Assembly: GCA_048268245.1 (NCBI GenBank)
Contig: JBLWVX010000001.1
Coordinates: 64,001-128,000 of the forward strand
DNA length: 64,000 nucleotides
Reading direction: 5' to 3'
Source: Arcobacteraceae bacterium
GTDB lineage: Bacteria; Campylobacterota; Campylobacteria; Campylobacterales; Arcobacteraceae
In this document: positions 62,266-64,000 of the stretch, in pieces
Layout: each line of letters begins with the position of its first letter
How positions within the stretch are numbered: the first letter of the stretch is position 1
The notes under the pieces: model-generated
What the model saw: the letters and a program-made list of their open reading frames with translations, nothing else
Database searches by the model: none
What the model was told of the DNA's origin: nothing
Position numbers and translations under genes: made by a program

Positions 62266-64000
62266 ATGCAGTTAACAAACATTACAACTAGAACAAATCT
62301 TTTAATAGCATTTATCTCTATATCTTTTACTTTTATTATTTCTGTTTATTTTCAATATAAAAACTTTGAAGAAGAAATAAAACATGTAAAAGAAGATTTT
62401 ATTGAACTAAAAAAAATTGAAATAAAAACTGAAGTTTTAAGAGTTTATAAAAGTATAGAAAAAAAAGAAAAAGAAATTAATAATAAAATAAAAGAAAACC
62501 TAAAAAAAAGAGTAGCTCTTGCTCATACCATAGCTACTTCGATATATGAAGATAATAAAAACATTAAAAGTGATGAAGAAATTAAATATTTAATTGTTAC
62601 AGCCTTAAAAAATATTTCTTTTACAAATAAAAGATCTTACTTTTTTATAAATAAAAATGATGGTAAAGCAATACTTTTTAATACAAAATCAATGCTAAAT
62701 AAAAATATAAATAATTGGAACTTAAAAGATAAAAAAGGTAAAGCCTTTATTCAAGAACAATCAAAAATAGCATTAACTAAAAAAGAAGGTTTTTTAAAAA
62801 CTCACTTTGTTAAACCTGATTTAAAAGATAATATTCAATATCCAAAACTAAGTTATGTAAAATTATTTTCCCCTTACAATTGGCATATTGGAACAGGTGA
62901 ATATATAGATGATGTAGTCAAAGATACACAAGATACTATTTTAACTGATATTGCTAATATTAGATATGGAAAAGAAGGATATATTTTTGTAAATAGAATT
63001 GATAAAAAATCTTTAATTTTTAATGGAGTAAAACTTGACAAACCCAAAGATTATACAAATACAAAACTATTTAATATTCAATTAGAAAGTATGCAAAAAG
63101 GTGATTTTTTTCAATATAATTTTAGAAAACTAAATACAAAAAAAGAATTTCCTAAAATATCTTTTGTAAAACAATATCATAAATGGGGTTGGATTATTGG
63201 AACTGGCTTATATATAGATGAAGTTAATAGCCATATTGAGCTAAGACAAAAAGAAGTAAAAAATAGTATTGTATTACAAATTATTAGTTTAATATTAGTT
63301 TCTATTAGTCTATTTTTATTAGTTTATTTTATCTCAAAAAATATATCTGAAAAAATAAAAAAGAATATTGAAAACCTTGTAAGTTCCTTTAAAGTAGCAT
63401 CAAAAAATAGTAAAAAAATAAATACATCTTTACTAACTTATGATGAGTTTGAAGACTTAGCAAATAGTTTAAATCTGACTCTAAAATCAAGAAATAAAGC
63501 TATTCTTAAACAAAAAAACTATTTAGATATCATAGATGAAAATGTTATAACCTCTTCTACAGATAAAGAAGGGATAATAACAAATGCTAGTAATGCTTTT
63601 TGTAATATTTCTAAATATTCAAAAAAAGAACTTATAGGTTCTTCACATAATATAATCCGTCATCCAGATGTTCCCAAAAAGTTTTATGAACAGATGTGGG
63701 AAACTTTAAATAGTGGTAAAGTATGGAAAGGTGAAATAAAAAATCTAAGAAAAGATGGAAAAGAGTATTGGGTAGATGCAATAATCCAACCTATATATAA
63801 AAATAAAGAAATAGTTGGATATACAGCTATAAGACATGATATTACAGATAAAAAGAAAGTTGAATACTTATCAATAACAGATGAATTGACAGGATTAAGA
63901 AATAGAAGATTCTTTAATGAAGTAATTAAAAAGGAATTATCAATAGCTAAAAGAAATAAATCTTTTCTTACATTTATGATGTTAGATATTGATTACTTTA
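62266..64000 (+). CDS. Cache-Cache-PAS-GGDEF diguanylate cyclase, 3'-truncated by the window edge
   Basis: Manual translation from ATG 62266: TM, WHIGTGEYIDD and WIIGTGLYIDE Cache ends, TM, PAS (HNIIRHPD..WKGEIKN), TDELTGLRNRR, LDIDYF. Not in the track because there is no stop in the window. Confidence 0.85.
   Translation, partial: MQLTNITTRTNLLIAFISISFTFIISVYFQYKNFEEEIKHVKEDFIELKKIEIKTEVLRVYKSIEKKEKEINNKIKENLKKRVALAHTIATSIYEDNKNIKSDEEIKYLIVTALKNISFTNKRSYFFINKNDGKAILFNTKSMLNKNINNWNLKDKKGKAFIQEQSKIALTKKEGFLKTHFVKPDLKDNIQYPKLSYVKLFSPYNWHIGTGEYIDDVVKDTQDTILTDIANIRYGKEGYIFVNRIDKKSLIFNGVKLDKPKDYTNTKLFNIQLESMQKGDFFQYNFRKLNTKKEFPKISFVKQYHKWGWIIGTGLYIDEVNSHIELRQKEVKNSIVLQIISLILVSISLFLLVYFISKNISEKIKKNIENLVSSFKVASKNSKKINTSLLTYDEFEDLANSLNLTLKSRNKAILKQKNYLDIIDENVITSSTDKEGIITNASNAFCNISKYSKKELIGSSHNIIRHPDVPKKFYEQMWETLNSGKVWKGEIKNLRKDGKEYWVDAIIQPIYKNKEIVGYTAIRHDITDKKKVEYLSITDELTGLRNRRFFNEVIKKELSIAKRNKSFLTFMMLDIDYF

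Noticed and set aside
62255..62275. Tiny ORF MEKKCS* overlapping the start of the last gene
   Set aside because: No SD; its GGA more likely serves as the SD for the ATG at 62266.

Overview
AT-rich chromosomal window from a member of the Campylobacterota, most likely Arcobacteraceae (inferred from gene content, protein style and the abundance of REC/PAS/Cache signalling proteins). It is mostly core genome: comF (partial), hisH, hisA, leuA, ftsH, prmA, dusB, dksA, rlmH, thiE, accD, metK, glmS, suhB, groES/EL, ispA, ybaB, panD, cyclophilin, cheW, xseA and ubiE. Between these lie several two-component and c-di-GMP clusters, a MutS-HNH (MutS7-type) gene at the end of a DUF1538/P-II-thioredoxin-haem protein operon, and a copper-chaperone (PCuAC/SCO) cluster. 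I saw no rRNA, tRNA, CRISPR array, transposase or prophage. The most interesting signals are small or non-coding and are missing from the ORF track. (1) Six copies of TGGAAAACAA sit on the metK leader and start codon, symmetrically spaced (13-15-25-15-13) around a small hairpin. (2) leuA is preceded by a promoter, a Shine-Dalgarno and a 25-aa LLLL leader peptide, but no classical attenuator terminator. (3) A stand-alone ~160-nt transcription unit has an extended -10, a strong SD, a 7-codon ORF and an intrinsic terminator. (4) A GC-rich double-hairpin element lies next to an AraC gene that lacks one HTH. All functional calls come from motif recognition by eye; no database searches were run.
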